The notes: a model not told the origin generated them from the sequence alone. A stretch of DNA of 64,000 bases from Octopus vulgaris (GCA_951406725.2 OX597822.1:68882001-68946000), one strand, 5' to 3'; shown: positions 13,153 to 25,315, numbered from the stretch's first letter. Translations and numbers: made by a program.

Positions 13153-13491
13153 TTTCGTTTTGGGATTTGGTTTGCAAGATTCTTTATGTGAGTTTGTGTG
13201 TTGAAGGATATACCGTTGTGTCTGGGGAGAGTCATTCTCTTTTGGTGCCCTGTGGTTTAACACACTCACTGGTGGAGTTTCCACTTATTTCTTTTCTATT
13301 TCTTTTATATTTTTCAAAAATTTTTGTTGCGTCTTGTAACCTTTTCAATAGTTCTGACTCTCAAAACTATTGAAAGGGTTACAGGATGCAGCAAGAATTT
13401 TGGAGGAACAGGGGAAGTGGGGAGAAGTTTTACCGGTGAGTGTGTTGAGTTGTAGGGCATCAGAAGAGAGTGACTCTCCCCAGACACAGCA

Positions 13492-13497
<6 letters not shown>
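13153..13497. mobile_element. Repeat with inverted duplication forming a long hairpin (arms ~13208-13353 and ~13365-13497), probably Penelope-like
   Basis: gtgtctggggagagtca is inverted as tgactctccccagacac; 5' part homologous to 2925-2985; ends in (TA)n. Confidence 0.7.
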
Positions 13498-13536
<39 letters not shown>

Positions 13537-14249
13537 AACTAGACTTCCCATGACCCGTTGGGTCACCCGAAAAGTCTGAGTTTCCCAGCCATGCAGTTTT
13601 GTTTCATAGGTTTTTTTTCTTTTCCAAGTTATTTTGCATGCTTTCATGAATGTGACATCTAAATCACATGCTGAGTAACTTATTTTCTTCTCTTATAATT
13701 GTTATAGTTATTCTGGATATCTAATGATAATACCATAATTGATGGCATAAAAGATGCACAGGCATACTAGATGCATTTCAATTTCAGCAGTGCAACATCA
13801 TCATTTAACATCCATTTTCCATGCTGGCATGGGTTGGATGATTTGACTAGAGTTGGCAAGCCAGAGAGCTGCAGTAGGTTCCAGTCTGATTTGACTTGGT
13901 TTCTACAACTGGATGCCCTACCTATCACTAACCAATTTACAGTGTTCTGGGAGATTTTTACATGGGACAAGCATGGACACAGCACCAGCACAGACATAGC
14001 ACCAAAAAATGTTGTTAGTGTATTAAAGTTTATAGGAGGCCCAGCTTTGCATATAGGACTCAGGGAGTCCTATATTTTTAAGACATTTTTGAAGAAAAAC
14101 GTGCATTTAATATGTCTTCTGATAATAATATCCTATTTTCCTAAAATTCAAATAGTAGTTGGTGTAGATTCTTCAATGAACAAATCTTTGTGTTATTAAA
14201 ATATTCAGAGAATTGTCTTAACAAGAGGTTTAGAGCTTTTGGCTTTCTG

Positions 14250-14455
14250 AGTCCAACCTGCCTAAGACTTTCCCCTGGTTTGATGGAGCAAATTTCATGA
14301 TTTAAAGCAATCTAAATTAAAATCTTTCATCAAAATTTCATTTTAATTTATGCTCTAAACACTATATGATTTGTTATCTTAGTAAATTCTTCATTAATTT
14401 CAAAATTAACTGAAATAAAGGCAGAGTATATCAATATGGTAACAAAAAGGTTAAA
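14250..14455 (+). mobile_element. Decayed piggyBac-type MITE
   Basis: Homologous to 48886-49092; ends ggtaacaaaaagg-ttaa. Confidence 0.55.
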
Positions 14456-16464
14456 GTAATTTTAGACATAAGTTTTTCTAGACTGTAGCTATAGAATTGA
14501 AATGATTATTTACATCTCAATATTCTGATGAAACATTAACAAAGAATGAAACAAATTAAATAGATGCCAGTAAGATGATTTGAGAGAAACATCCAAAGCT
14601 ATCATCATTGAGGTTTAATTCTGCTAAAATCAGACACAAGAATAGATGAAGGCCTCAGAATAGTTTTGGAGTATCTCATTTTATTTTATCTTTACTCATA
14701 TACAGTGTTGTTGGTAACTATTAAAACCTTACTATAAACTGGTTAGAAAATTGTGTTTAAACAAAGAAGTATGAGTATGCCTTGTGAGAGAGAGATACAC
14801 TTTCAATCAAAACACTTTCTATCAAAATAGACATGTACTTTTTAAAATTATAGAGAAGTCTGTGAGATTGGAAGCAAACAAATATAAAATGTTAATCTAT
14901 TCAGCTTGGAAATTTTAATAGTTCTTTCTCAAAACAGGTCTTAGTTTTAGATTTCAAATATTCTAAAGATGTTCCTGAAAACCTACTTCTATGATCTCAA
15001 GCTGCAAGTGAATTTCTCTAAAAACATCTTTCAGCTAACAGTCTTAGAACTAAAGATACAACCGCTTAACAATGGTCTTGGCTAATTTCCCTTGATGGCC
15101 ATTTTAATTTCATAAACTGGTTTTTCTTGTTTGGTGATAACAGGGAAACAAGATTATTTCTTTATAAATTATTCCTATTTTCTGAAAATGGTTTCCTATG
15201 CTTCACAATTACATAATTGATTTCTCTGTTAGCTTCCAAAATAAACCTTTCTCAACAAAATCAATGCCTTTTTTTTTTCATACTCATAAAACCGTCTCTT
15301 CCTTGTTCTTTTCTTTATTACTCACAGATTTTTTTTCTTTTTTAATATATATATATAAGAAAAGCCATGTGTTTCATTTGAAAAGCTGGTCCAATTTTCT
15401 GAATATTGCCATATTAGTTTAATCCTTTCATGAATTTTATCCATTAGGTAATAACATTCATAAATTTAAGTTAAGTATTGTTTTTATAAGACCATTTTCA
15501 TTACCATATTTACTCTGCTAATCAGTTTCTAAATTGCCACGCCAATAAGATAATATACAACTCTCAACCTGCCAATACAACTGGCAAATCTTCCTCAGCC
15601 AAACTACCTAATGAGATACCTTCTATATAAGTCATGTGACTTGCCTTTACTGCAACAAAATCTTTCTACAAATAAATTTCTATTTTCTGAAGTTCAGGAA
15701 CCACATATTCAGCAGTTTGGTCTCCATGACAACTATAATCAATGGGGAGTTTCAACAAATCACATGACTAGATAATTCTTACCTCAAACAAATCTATAGT
15801 GTCTGAAGTGTTGAGACAACAAATTCTAAATGCCATTCCCTTGAACAACATAATAAAATGAAAGGAAGTTCTACTTAAGTCACTTAACCAGCTAATACAG
15901 CTGTTAAAACTTATAATCAGACATAGCCTTAACATTTTAAGAACTGGGCTCATATGATTTGTAGCTTTGTCCCTCATCACAATATGACAAACTCTACTAA
16001 CAGGATGTTTTGAAGACTAACAAAACATTACTTCACTGAACATAAAATGTCTAATTTAAAGGCACAACTTTGGATGACCACTAAAGCACAGTTTCAAAGT
16101 AAGCAAACTAGTGGTCATCAGAGGGCCATGTATGCCACAAGTTCACCGTGAAAACCATCTCGTTTAGCACACAGATGGAGTATTCAGATGCAAAGCATTT
16201 CCTCTGGTTACAAAAACTCTGTTACATGAAAATATTATCGCATTTTGAGCCAATTAGAAATACTATCATTTGGAAATTAAAATGTTAGGTATGTTATGAA
16301 GATCTTCAATTAATTTGTTTTCTTGTTATAAATTTGGATATTGTTTTCTTTATGTATATGAACTGTAGGAATTCTTAAGATTTCTATTTGTAAAGGTTCT
16401 GATTTTAGTTTTCTCATGTGTTAACAGCTCTCAAGACACTTGATAAATATTACATCCTTGTATA

Positions 16465-16872
16465 TTTCTTATCTTTTGTTTCTGTCAACTGTGGCCATGT
16501 TGGGGGCACTGCCTTGAAGAATATTAGTCGAACAAATTGACTCCAGTACTTAATTTTTTTAAAGACTGGTACCTATTTTATCAGACACTTTCGCTGAACT
16601 ACTAAGTTATGGGGACGTAAACACACCAACATTGGTTGCCAAACAGAGACACAAAGACACACACACAAACACACATACACTCACACACACACACACACAG
16701 ATACACATACACAACAGGCTTCTTTCAGCTTCCATCTACCAAATCCACTGACAAGGCATCAAGGCTTTGATTGACCTAAGGCTACAGTAAGACACTTGCC
16801 CAAAGTGCCATGCAGTGAGACTGTACCAAATACCATATGGTTGGGAAGCAAACTTCCTACCACACAGCCATG
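16465..16872 (-). mobile_element. SINE family A, diverged
   Basis: gtggccatgttgggggcactgcc...ctaccaaatccac...gacacttgcccaa...ccacacagccatg. Confidence 0.85.
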
Positions 16873-16924
16873 AAAATTCATCATCTGTACCACAGCCACT
16901 ACCTCCACCAGTCTATATCCATCA

Positions 16925-17295
16925 AGAAAACAAAATCAAAACTTGGAATCAAAACCAACATCAAAAATCAATGGAAACTGCAGCTGTGATCCCTGTGCTG
17001 GTGGCACATAAAAAGCACCATCCGAACGTGGCCGATGCCAGTGCCGCCTAGACTGGCTTCCGTGCTGGTGGCACGTAAAAAGCATCATCCGAATGTGGCC
17101 GATGCCAGCGCCGCCTTGGCTGGCTTCCATGCCGGTGGCACGTAAAAAGCACCCACTACACTACACTCAGCTGTAGAAACACTGTCAGATCAGACTGGAG
17201 CCTAGTGCAGCCTTCTGGCTTCCCAGATCCCTGGTCGAACCGTCCAACCCATGCTAGCATGGAGAACGGACGTTAAAAAATGATGATGATGATGA
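16925..17295 (+). mobile_element. RTE 3' UTR (family C) with ~68-bp internal tandem repeats
   Basis: gtgctggtggcacgtaaaaagca..atccgaa.gtggccgatgccag repeated about 2.5 times; (GAT)n tail. Confidence 0.85.
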
Positions 17296-17523
17296 ATGAG
17301 AAAACAAATTAGGTACAGATATTCATAACATGCCTAACATCTGAATTTCCAAAACATAGTACTTTAAATTGGTTTAGCATGTGGTAACATTTGCATGTTG
17401 CAAAGATTTTTTAGTCTCAGGAAATGCTTTATATTATAATACATTGCATATATATTTTCTATGAAAGGCAGCGAGCTGGTAGAAACATTAGCATGCTGGG
17501 CGAAATGCTTAGTGGTATTTCGT

Positions 17524-17592
17524 GGGCATATGGCATAGTGGTTAAGAGCATGGGCTACTAACCCGAGTTCGATTCCAAGCAGTGACCTGAAC

Positions 17593-17623
<31 letters not shown>

Positions 17624-17760
17624 TTGAAAAATACCTTAAGAATGAGAATCCCCAAGACACCTGAAGAAGGCTGAAGGGTATATCAGCCGAAACGTTGTGT
17701 TTAACAACAAACAAGATGAGGACAAATATCTGTTGAATGTAAATAATGTAAATAATGTAC
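17524..17760 (+). mobile_element. Element H: tRNA-like head + (AAT)n + hammerhead-containing tail
   Basis: A-box tggcatagtgg (17531), B-box gttcgattcc (17567); tail homologous to 42705-42862 and 51070-51205. Confidence 0.8.
17655..17702 (+). ncRNA. Minimal type I hammerhead ribozyme motif
   Basis: Stem I agacac/gtgttt; core CTGAAGA; extra A; stem II ggctga/tcagcc; GAAA; palindromic ACGT stem III; GTT cleavage triplet. Confidence 0.72.
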
Positions 17761-18931
17761 TCTAACTGCTGTTCAAATTTAAATGCGGGTAAAATTTGAA
17801 TCACAGACATAAGCTTTTCAATTCTTAGTGTTGAGGAAAGATCCCATATTGGTCAATTTTCTACTTAGTGTCTTCCAGAGCCATCTCTTCTCTTCAGAAA
17901 CAAGCTGAAAATTATAATTTCTAAAATTCACTCTTTTGCTATGTGACAAGTCCTCAATATAAATGGCAAACAGTGGAATGTGATGGGCTGATAACATTGA
18001 TTGCTTTTTGAATTTGAAAGATATGAAAGTGATAATCACAATGGGAAATTCATATAGCAACACACACACACATACGCACACATAGTGAAGAAAGCAATGA
18101 AGTACTAGTGTGCAAATAGATGTTATACTACTGTACAACAGTATACACACTATTCACAATAGCACTTTCTTTAGGCGTCACTCAAATCTACATCATGAAT
18201 TTTATATGAAATAGAAGAGACACAGTTTATATGGAAAAGGATGCGAGATGAAACAGGTGTGTGTGTGTGTGTGTGTGCGCGTGCGCGCACACACGCACAC
18301 ACACAAGAATAATCAGAGTTGGAAATCATAATTTATTTATAGTTTAACATTGAAGTCTGCTTCGTCTGCAGCTCGGTTTCAATTCCCATTAGTAGCCATT
18401 CTACTTACAAGAGAAAACATGAATATTACACACACATGCACACACTTTCATTCACCATTCTCCTATCAATCCAAAAGCTTTGTGCTAATGGAAAAGATCA
18501 TTGTTTGCCAACTTTCGGTTTTTGATATCTATCCGCCAAACAAATGCTGCTAGTCAGGCATTGACATCAGTTCCATTCCCCTCCACTCCATAGTCTGAAA
18601 ATCAGCGATTAAACAGATTTAAACAATAACAAGACAGAAAGCAACAGACTTATTCAAGATTGTTATCTAAACTATGAAGTATTACTGTATAGAATCCTAA
18701 TGGAATGGTACAGTTTCTGCTAATGAATGGTAAACACTTTCAAGCATTTTGCTATCTCCCTACAAAAGTTATTAAATATTTATCTTCTTAGATATTCTTA
18801 GTAAAGCAAAGGTGTCACCCAAATCATGGTTCTCTGGTCATGTATATATAGTTCTTTGACATTTCATATAGTGGCTATATGTGCATTACGGCTATTAGAA
18901 AAGAAAGGTACATATAGAAACATCTTTGGCA

Positions 18932-19089
18932 TTCTTCTTCTTCTTCTTCTTCTTCTTCTTCTTCTTCTTCTTCTTCTTCTTCTTCTTCTTCTTCTTCTTC
19001 TTCTTCTTCTTCTTCTTCTTCTTCTTCTTCTTCTTCTTCTTCTTCTTCTTCTTCTTCTTCTTCTTCTTCTTCTTCTTCTTCTTCTTCTT

Positions 19090-19119
<30 letters not shown>
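18932..19119. repeat. (TTC)n/(GAA)n, ~62 uninterrupted units
   Basis: Perfect trinucleotide run. Confidence 0.97.
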
Positions 19120-19123
<4 letters not shown>

Positions 19124-19124
19124 C

Positions 19125-19141
19125 TTACTCACTCACTCACT

Positions 19142-19181
<40 letters not shown>

Positions 19182-19465
19182 CACATACACACACACACAC
19201 ACAAACATGCATACACATGCACATTTTGTCTCTGGAAGAAACTAGCTCTATTCATACCTGGTGTGGGATGGGTTCTGACCCCACTATGTCACCATGATGT
19301 CCCTCTGATTCTCTCTGAGTTGAGGACCTTACCACCACCAATACACGCACACACACGAGAGAGAGAGAGAGAGAGGGAGAGAATGTGTGTGTGTGTGTAT
19401 ATGATTAAATCCACATGTAAGTCTAAGGTAAGAAGTATCAAGACTTACAATACTCACTCTCTTTT

Positions 19466-19504
<39 letters not shown>

Positions 19505-19783
19505 AACTCATACACATGCCCATTTTTGTCTCTGGAAGAAATTAGCTTCATTCAGACTTGGAATGGGATGAGCTCTGATTCCACTTCTCCCCCACCCCCG
19601 TATGTCATCATGGTACTCCTCTGACTCTCCTTGAGTGGGAGGTTTACCATCATCAGTACACACAAACACACACACACACACACGAGAAAGAGAGAAAGAG
19701 AGAGAGAGAGAGTGTGTGTGTGTGTGTATGTGATTAAATCCTCCTGTAAGTCTAAGGGTAAGAAGTAACAAGACTTACAATAC
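19125..19783. repeat. Diverged tandem duplication, two units of ~330 bp
   Basis: ttttgtctctggaagaaa.tagct, tgattaaatcc and ggtaagaagta.caagacttacaatac each occur twice. Confidence 0.88.
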
Positions 19784-19875
19784 CTGAGCACCAGTGGACT
19801 CAAGCTTTCAGATACATAGCAAAATTTAATTACAAAATTTACAAACAACACTAACTGAAAAATACAATAATAAAA

Positions 19876-20160
19876 TTTTTTTTAAGTGATAAAGTCTAGA
19901 TTTTCTATAGAATTCAGAACCAGCACTGTGTTACAACATTTTGCATACAAATACAGCTATGTGAACAATGTGATTGAAAATAGGAAAAAATTAGTAATGT
20001 GTGTATATGCATATTTCTAGAGTTATTGCTCTTTCATCAGTACCTCATTCAACTCATCATCTTTTCTATCTTCAATCACATTCATATATAAAATGTTATA
20101 GCTTACAGTGCTGGTTTTGAATACTATATAAAATCTATAGTTTATCACTTGAAAAAAAAA
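19876..20160. repeat. Imperfect inverted repeat, ~100-bp arms
   Basis: aagtgataaa...aaccagcactgt...aatgtgattgaa vs ttcaatcacatt...acagtgctggtt...tttatcactt. Confidence 0.85.
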
Positions 20161-21300
20161 ATAAAATAAAATAAAATGAGAATATCACACCGCTAATACA
20201 AAAAGTAAGACACAATATTGACTTAAAAACCTTTGATATATTTGGTAGTATATCATGGTTGCAAAACAAAATAATATTTATTCATGTATTATTTTTTCTT
20301 AAGGATATTTTCATATGTACCATTTGTAAGTCACTCATGGCGTCTGTATGAAACCTGTCTGTCTATTTATCTATCTGCCTATCTATCCATCTGTTTATCT
20401 ATCTATCTGTGTGTGTGTTTGTAGAAAAATAAAAATATATATACAGAAATCCACCGATTGTAATTTCAGCCAATTGACTTAAGAATTATAATTCTTTCTA
20501 CTATAGGCTTAAGATCTGAAATTTTGTGGGAAAGAGTTAGTAGATTTCATCGATGTCAGTACTTGACTGGTACTTACTTTATCAAGCGCGAAAAGGTGTG
20601 GAGCAAGCATATTTGCTCTTTACCTTTAGGTACCCACATTTTGCCTCCTTACCTTTAGACTCATCACCATTGGCTCATCTCCAAGCAGTCACACGACCTT
20701 ATATGTTAGTGCTGACTGGATGTTTTAAGTCATCCAGTCAGACAACTTGCCCAACCAGAAAAGTGTGGTCCCTTTTTGAGCCTGCCCTTAGCTATTTAAG
20801 GATACCTTTTCCTCCTATTTTCCCTAGTGTCAATATGGAGTTCAGATTTTCAGTATGAGAGCAGTCTTATTCCGCTATGATACCAGTGACGAGAGAATTG
20901 TGAGCAGAATTTCTTGTCGCCATGTTTTGTGTCTTTCCTACATACATCTTCAAGAAGCATGAGGAACCAATGTATTTTAATTAACAGAATTATTTGTGTA
21001 TACCAGTTTGCTGTATCATCTGTTAACGATGAAATAAATGTGTCAGTCAACTTTAACCTGTCTTCATATTCCTTGATATTCTTTATCATGACTCTTATTA
21101 AACCAGGAGATTATAATATTACCAGCGCCTTAGCCATGTGCACCTTTTTCATCATGTTAAAAACGAATGGTAAAGGTGACTTTGCTGGTATTTGAACTCA
21201 GAATGTAATATTGGTAGAAATGTTGCTAAGCATTTTGTTTGGCATGGGTTGGTTGGTTCAACAGGGTTGGATAGGTATGAAGACTGCATTGTGCTTCAAT

Positions 21301-22259
21301 CAGTGCTGGATTAATCATTCACCAAAACAAGCATGTGCTTAGGGCATCAAGGGAAGAGGTGCACCACAGAAATGGTAAATGGTTTATGACACAAAAGAAA
21401 TCACTTTCAGTTTGCTAAAATATTGAGTTGTCTGGAAAGTTCATGCCGATTTATAGTAGCTTACCTTTCGACTTATTTTAGAACATGATCGAGTCCATAA
21501 AATAGGATTTGACTATACCTCCATTTAGAGTACAGTTTAAGCTGTGTTTTTGTGGAAGAAGGTTTATGTTCCTATATCCTGTGTTAATTCTGTAACCCTT
21601 TAAAATGGAAGATAAGAAAGTTCATTTTTGGCACTTGATGCTTTGGGAACCAGACAAAAATTGCTGCAGCTCGGCTGGGATGTGTTACCCAACCCTCCAT
21701 ATTCACCAGACATTGCTCCTTCGGATTTCCACTTATTCAGGTCTCTGCAGAATAGTCTTAATGGTAAAAATTTCAATTCCTTGAATGACATAAAAAGAGA
21801 CCTTGATGAATTCTTTGTCATGAGAGGGTATTTTCAAGTTAAAGGAAAGATGGAGGTGCATTATGCAACAAAATGGTTCATATTTGGTTGATTAAAAATG
21901 CAATGGCAAGTATTTATTGACCTTTTTCTTTCCTTTAAACATTGGCACAAACTTTCCAGACAACCCGATAATATTCTGAATGCTTTATCTCTACTAGGTA
22001 TAGAAGCAGATATGTTACATAAGTTTAATTTTAAGGATCTGATCAAAGACTTTGCAATTAAAAAAAGTTGGAGAAAACTTTTCAAATATAAAGAGGAAAA
22101 ACATTATTTTCCATCTTACTGTTAGTTTTGTTTTATTTTGAAAAATAAAAATTTATTTTATGGTTTATTATTGTTTATATTTTTAATTACATATAAATGG
22201 GGGGACACACCAAAATCTTTTAAATGTGTAGGCCCTCTATGGGTGTTAATCTGGCCCTG
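21301..22259 (+). mobile_element. hAT MITE family G carrying a mariner insertion
   Basis: Termini cagtgctggattaa / ttaatctggccctg; TSD gcttcaat / gctccaat; ALSLLGIEADMLHKFNFKDLIKDFAIKKSWRK. Confidence 0.9.
21423..21968 (+). mobile_element. Internally deleted mariner, second copy
   Basis: TIRs ttgagttgtctggaaagtt / aactttccagacaacccga, TA TSD; PPYSPDIAPSDFHLFRSLQNSL; same deletion junction as 12584 copy. Confidence 0.95.
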
Positions 22260-23189
22260 GCTCCAATCCCTGCGTTAGTATGGTTTATACAGCTTGATGC
22301 CCTTTCTAATAACAACTACTTTATTGCATGTGTGTATTTTTCTATGTTACCAGCACTTGTGAGATTGCCATGTGCATGAATTTTTATTATAACACATTTG
22401 GTTTTTACTAGATGAGAGCTGTTTTATCAAATTACCAAATATATCATTAAATATTTCTAGTGTCTTGTAATCATTTTGTTCTGCTGTAGTGTGATTGCAT
22501 TGATAAAACTTTGTCAAATCTTAATACGCCGTATTACTTATTTATTTTCACATCAGAGAAATATGCATCCCAGTAAAAGAAGTACACGGTTGCTCGACCG
22601 ACTGAGCTTATAGATTTTCAACACTCACGCACGCATATCACACTTCATTTTATTCATCAGTCAATTGTCTTACAAACCTGTGTAGAATAGTTTATATATT
22701 TCGTTCCACTGTTTAAAAAAGGCTCCCGACCAAAAAAAAAAAGAAAAAAAACGTCAGTTAGAAGCGTTATATACGTAGATTGTAGTACAATAATGTTATA
22801 GATTTATATATATATTCATTTGCCTGTCATATATATGACTACATGTGTATACTATGCAGGGTGTACAAAAGCTTCTACTGCCATCGTTTCATTTGTTCAT
22901 TGAAGTTAACAAACACACAGATGTGTCTGCGTTCTCTCTATATCCAGCTGTTTAGAAATGTCACTTGTGCTACTACTCTTCACGGCCTATTAATTCTATT
23001 AATCTTTCTATGTATTTAATTTCGCAACTAAATTCTATAGAATGAACCTCGCCTCAACCACCGTTGTCACCTTGTCTAGCTACAAGCCATTTTTTTTCTC
23101 TTAAGCGTCACCTACTTTTTATCTTGACCTTTTTGTATCTGTTAAACTGTCACGAATTCTCAGTATTCTTGATATATTTTACAATAATA

Positions 23190-23620
23190 ATTTCAACGAG
23201 TTAAAGTATGAAATCATTAGAATGTAGAAAATGAAGAGGGCAACTATCATACTTGTAATCGTACGAAGAGATCGAAGGAGATTGTGAATAGGACAGTCTT
23301 AGCAGCATTATAAGTCCCCATGTAAATCAATGCTCTGGACCCTATAGTATTTATCGACAGTAACACATGGATTAGAATTGGGCCTCTTGGCAAATGCGGT
23401 ATGCCCATGTCGTAAGACTGCGTTAGTTGTGAAATGTAACTGATGCAAAGAGTTAGTTTATTGGAACAGCTAAAATATTGCGAAGAGCACTCCATGGCTA
23501 AGATTGACCAAAAAGAATGGAAAAGGCTAAGAGGAGGCTGCTTGGTACTCAAGGCGACCAAGTTATAAGTGCCATTCTGAGGAAAAAAGAAGCAGTGATA
23601 GTAATTATAACAATGATCTC
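23190..23620 (+). mobile_element. Decayed R4/Dong-like (RLE endonuclease) non-LTR retrotransposon 3' end
   Basis: FNELKYEIIRM*KMKRATIILVI and frameshifted QRVSL/GTAKILRRAL resemble the C-terminal LLGTARILR motif also seen at 48383-48818. Confidence 0.6.
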
Positions 23621-23852
23621 TAACATAGATTCAAGCTTAATCGATGAAAGTGACCCGAGTACTTAATAGGTATGTATTTTATTTTTATCGACACTGGAAG
23701 GATGGAAAGTAAAAGTTGACCGTGGTAGAATTTGAGGACAAAACGCAAAGAGCTCTGTCGAAAAAATCATAACATATTTTACCCTGTACTCTAACGCAAT
23801 TTTTCCCAACGGACTAAGTTAGCAGTTCTCAAAGTGACAAGCACCAGACACT

Positions 23853-23855
<3 letters not shown>

Positions 23856-23924
<69 letters not shown>
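23856..23924. repeat. (TA)n microsatellite
   Basis: Perfect dinucleotide run. Confidence 0.97.
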
Positions 23925-23926
<2 letters not shown>

Positions 23927-24164
23927 TAATAAAAGGCCTACTTAAATATTTTATACTCCTCCTTTATTTATGAGAAGACAAAATAGAGCTTGCATCCATA
24001 TAAATTTCACATCATATTATGTAATATATCGTGTGCAAATAGATAACCATGCATAAATTGATCTATCTATTTATCTATTCATCTTCATACACAAGGTTTT
24101 AATGTTATAAATTGTCTTCCCTGCCCAAATACTCCTTTCTGGTCTTGTGGCTATGTTAACTAAT

Positions 24165-24811
24165 CAAGGCTGGGTTAATTGCCATAGAAGCCCCTAAGCA
24201 CTTAAAACATTTTGGTGCCCTCATATATATGTAATTTAAAATATAATAAACTATAAAATAATTTGTTATGTTTCAAAACTTAAACAAAGCTAACAGTAAG
24301 ATGGAAATTAATCCCTTCTAGCATAGGCACAATGCCTGGAATTTATGGGGAGGAGTCTATTTGATAACATCGATCCCTCTGTTTCGCCGGTAATTAATTT
24401 ATCGACCCTGAAGGAAAGACTAAGTAGACGTCGGTGGAATTTGAACTCAGAACGTAAAGACGGACAAAATGTCGATATGCATTTCTCCCGGATAGCTAAC
24501 GATTCTGCCAGCTTGACGCCTTAGTAAAATGGAAAATATTTATCACTTTGCACTTCCACTTTATTTATATTTAAAAAAAAATTCTCCTACTTTTTTTAAT
24601 TGCAGTGTCTTTGATCAGATCCTCACTATGAAACCATGAACACTTCGAATTTATATTTCCGATCATACAAACAACTTCGAATACTTCTCTAGCAAGTTTA
24701 AAGTGATTTCTTTTGTGCCGTGAACTGTACACCATTTCTGAGGTGCCCGTCATTCCTTTGATGCCCTAGACACGTGGTTATTTTGCATAATGGTTAATTA
24801 ATCCAATGCTG
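24165..24811 (-). mobile_element. hAT MITE family G with SINE B' inserted at 24308-24522
   Basis: TSD taactaat / taactaac; inner SINE flanked by agtaagatggaaa / agtaaaatggaaa. Confidence 0.88.
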
Positions 24812-24924
24812 TAACTAACTAGTTTCTTACAAAGGTACGAAGTGTGTAAATTTATGTAAGATAGTGTTGGCAAAACTGAAGTCTACTGTGTAAAAAGCAT
24901 CGGGTCATTTTAAAATTATTGCAT

Positions 24925-25315
24925 AATGCTTTCTACTAAAGGCACAAGGCCTGAAATTTTGGGGGCAGGGGACTAGTCGATTACATCGACCCCTGTACTC
25001 GACTGGTACTTATTTTAGCAATGAAAGGCAAAGTCGACCCCAGTGGAATTTGAACACAGAACGTAAAGACGGTCGAAATACCTATTTCTTTATTACCCAC
25101 AATGGGCTGAACATAGAGGGGACAAACATGGACAGACATAGGTATTAAGTCGATTATATCGACCCCAGTGCTTAACTGGTACTTAATTTATCGACCCCGA
25201 AAGGATGAAAGGCAAAGTCGACCTCGGCGGAATTTGAACTCACAACGTAACGGCAGACGAAATACCGCTAAGCATTTCGCCCGACGTGCTAACGATTCTG
25301 CTAGCTCGCCGCCAG
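24925..25315 (-). mobile_element. Composite SINE B + B'
   Basis: Two family B bodies joined at gaaatacc|tatttctttattacccac. Confidence 0.88.

Noticed and set aside
15480-16300. Repeat-poor segment as a coding exon
   Set aside because: Only a 70-aa minus-strand ORF with no recognisable motif; could be UTR but unsupported
18826-19297. Poly-Leu and poly-Phe ORFs
   Set aside because: Translations of (CTT)n
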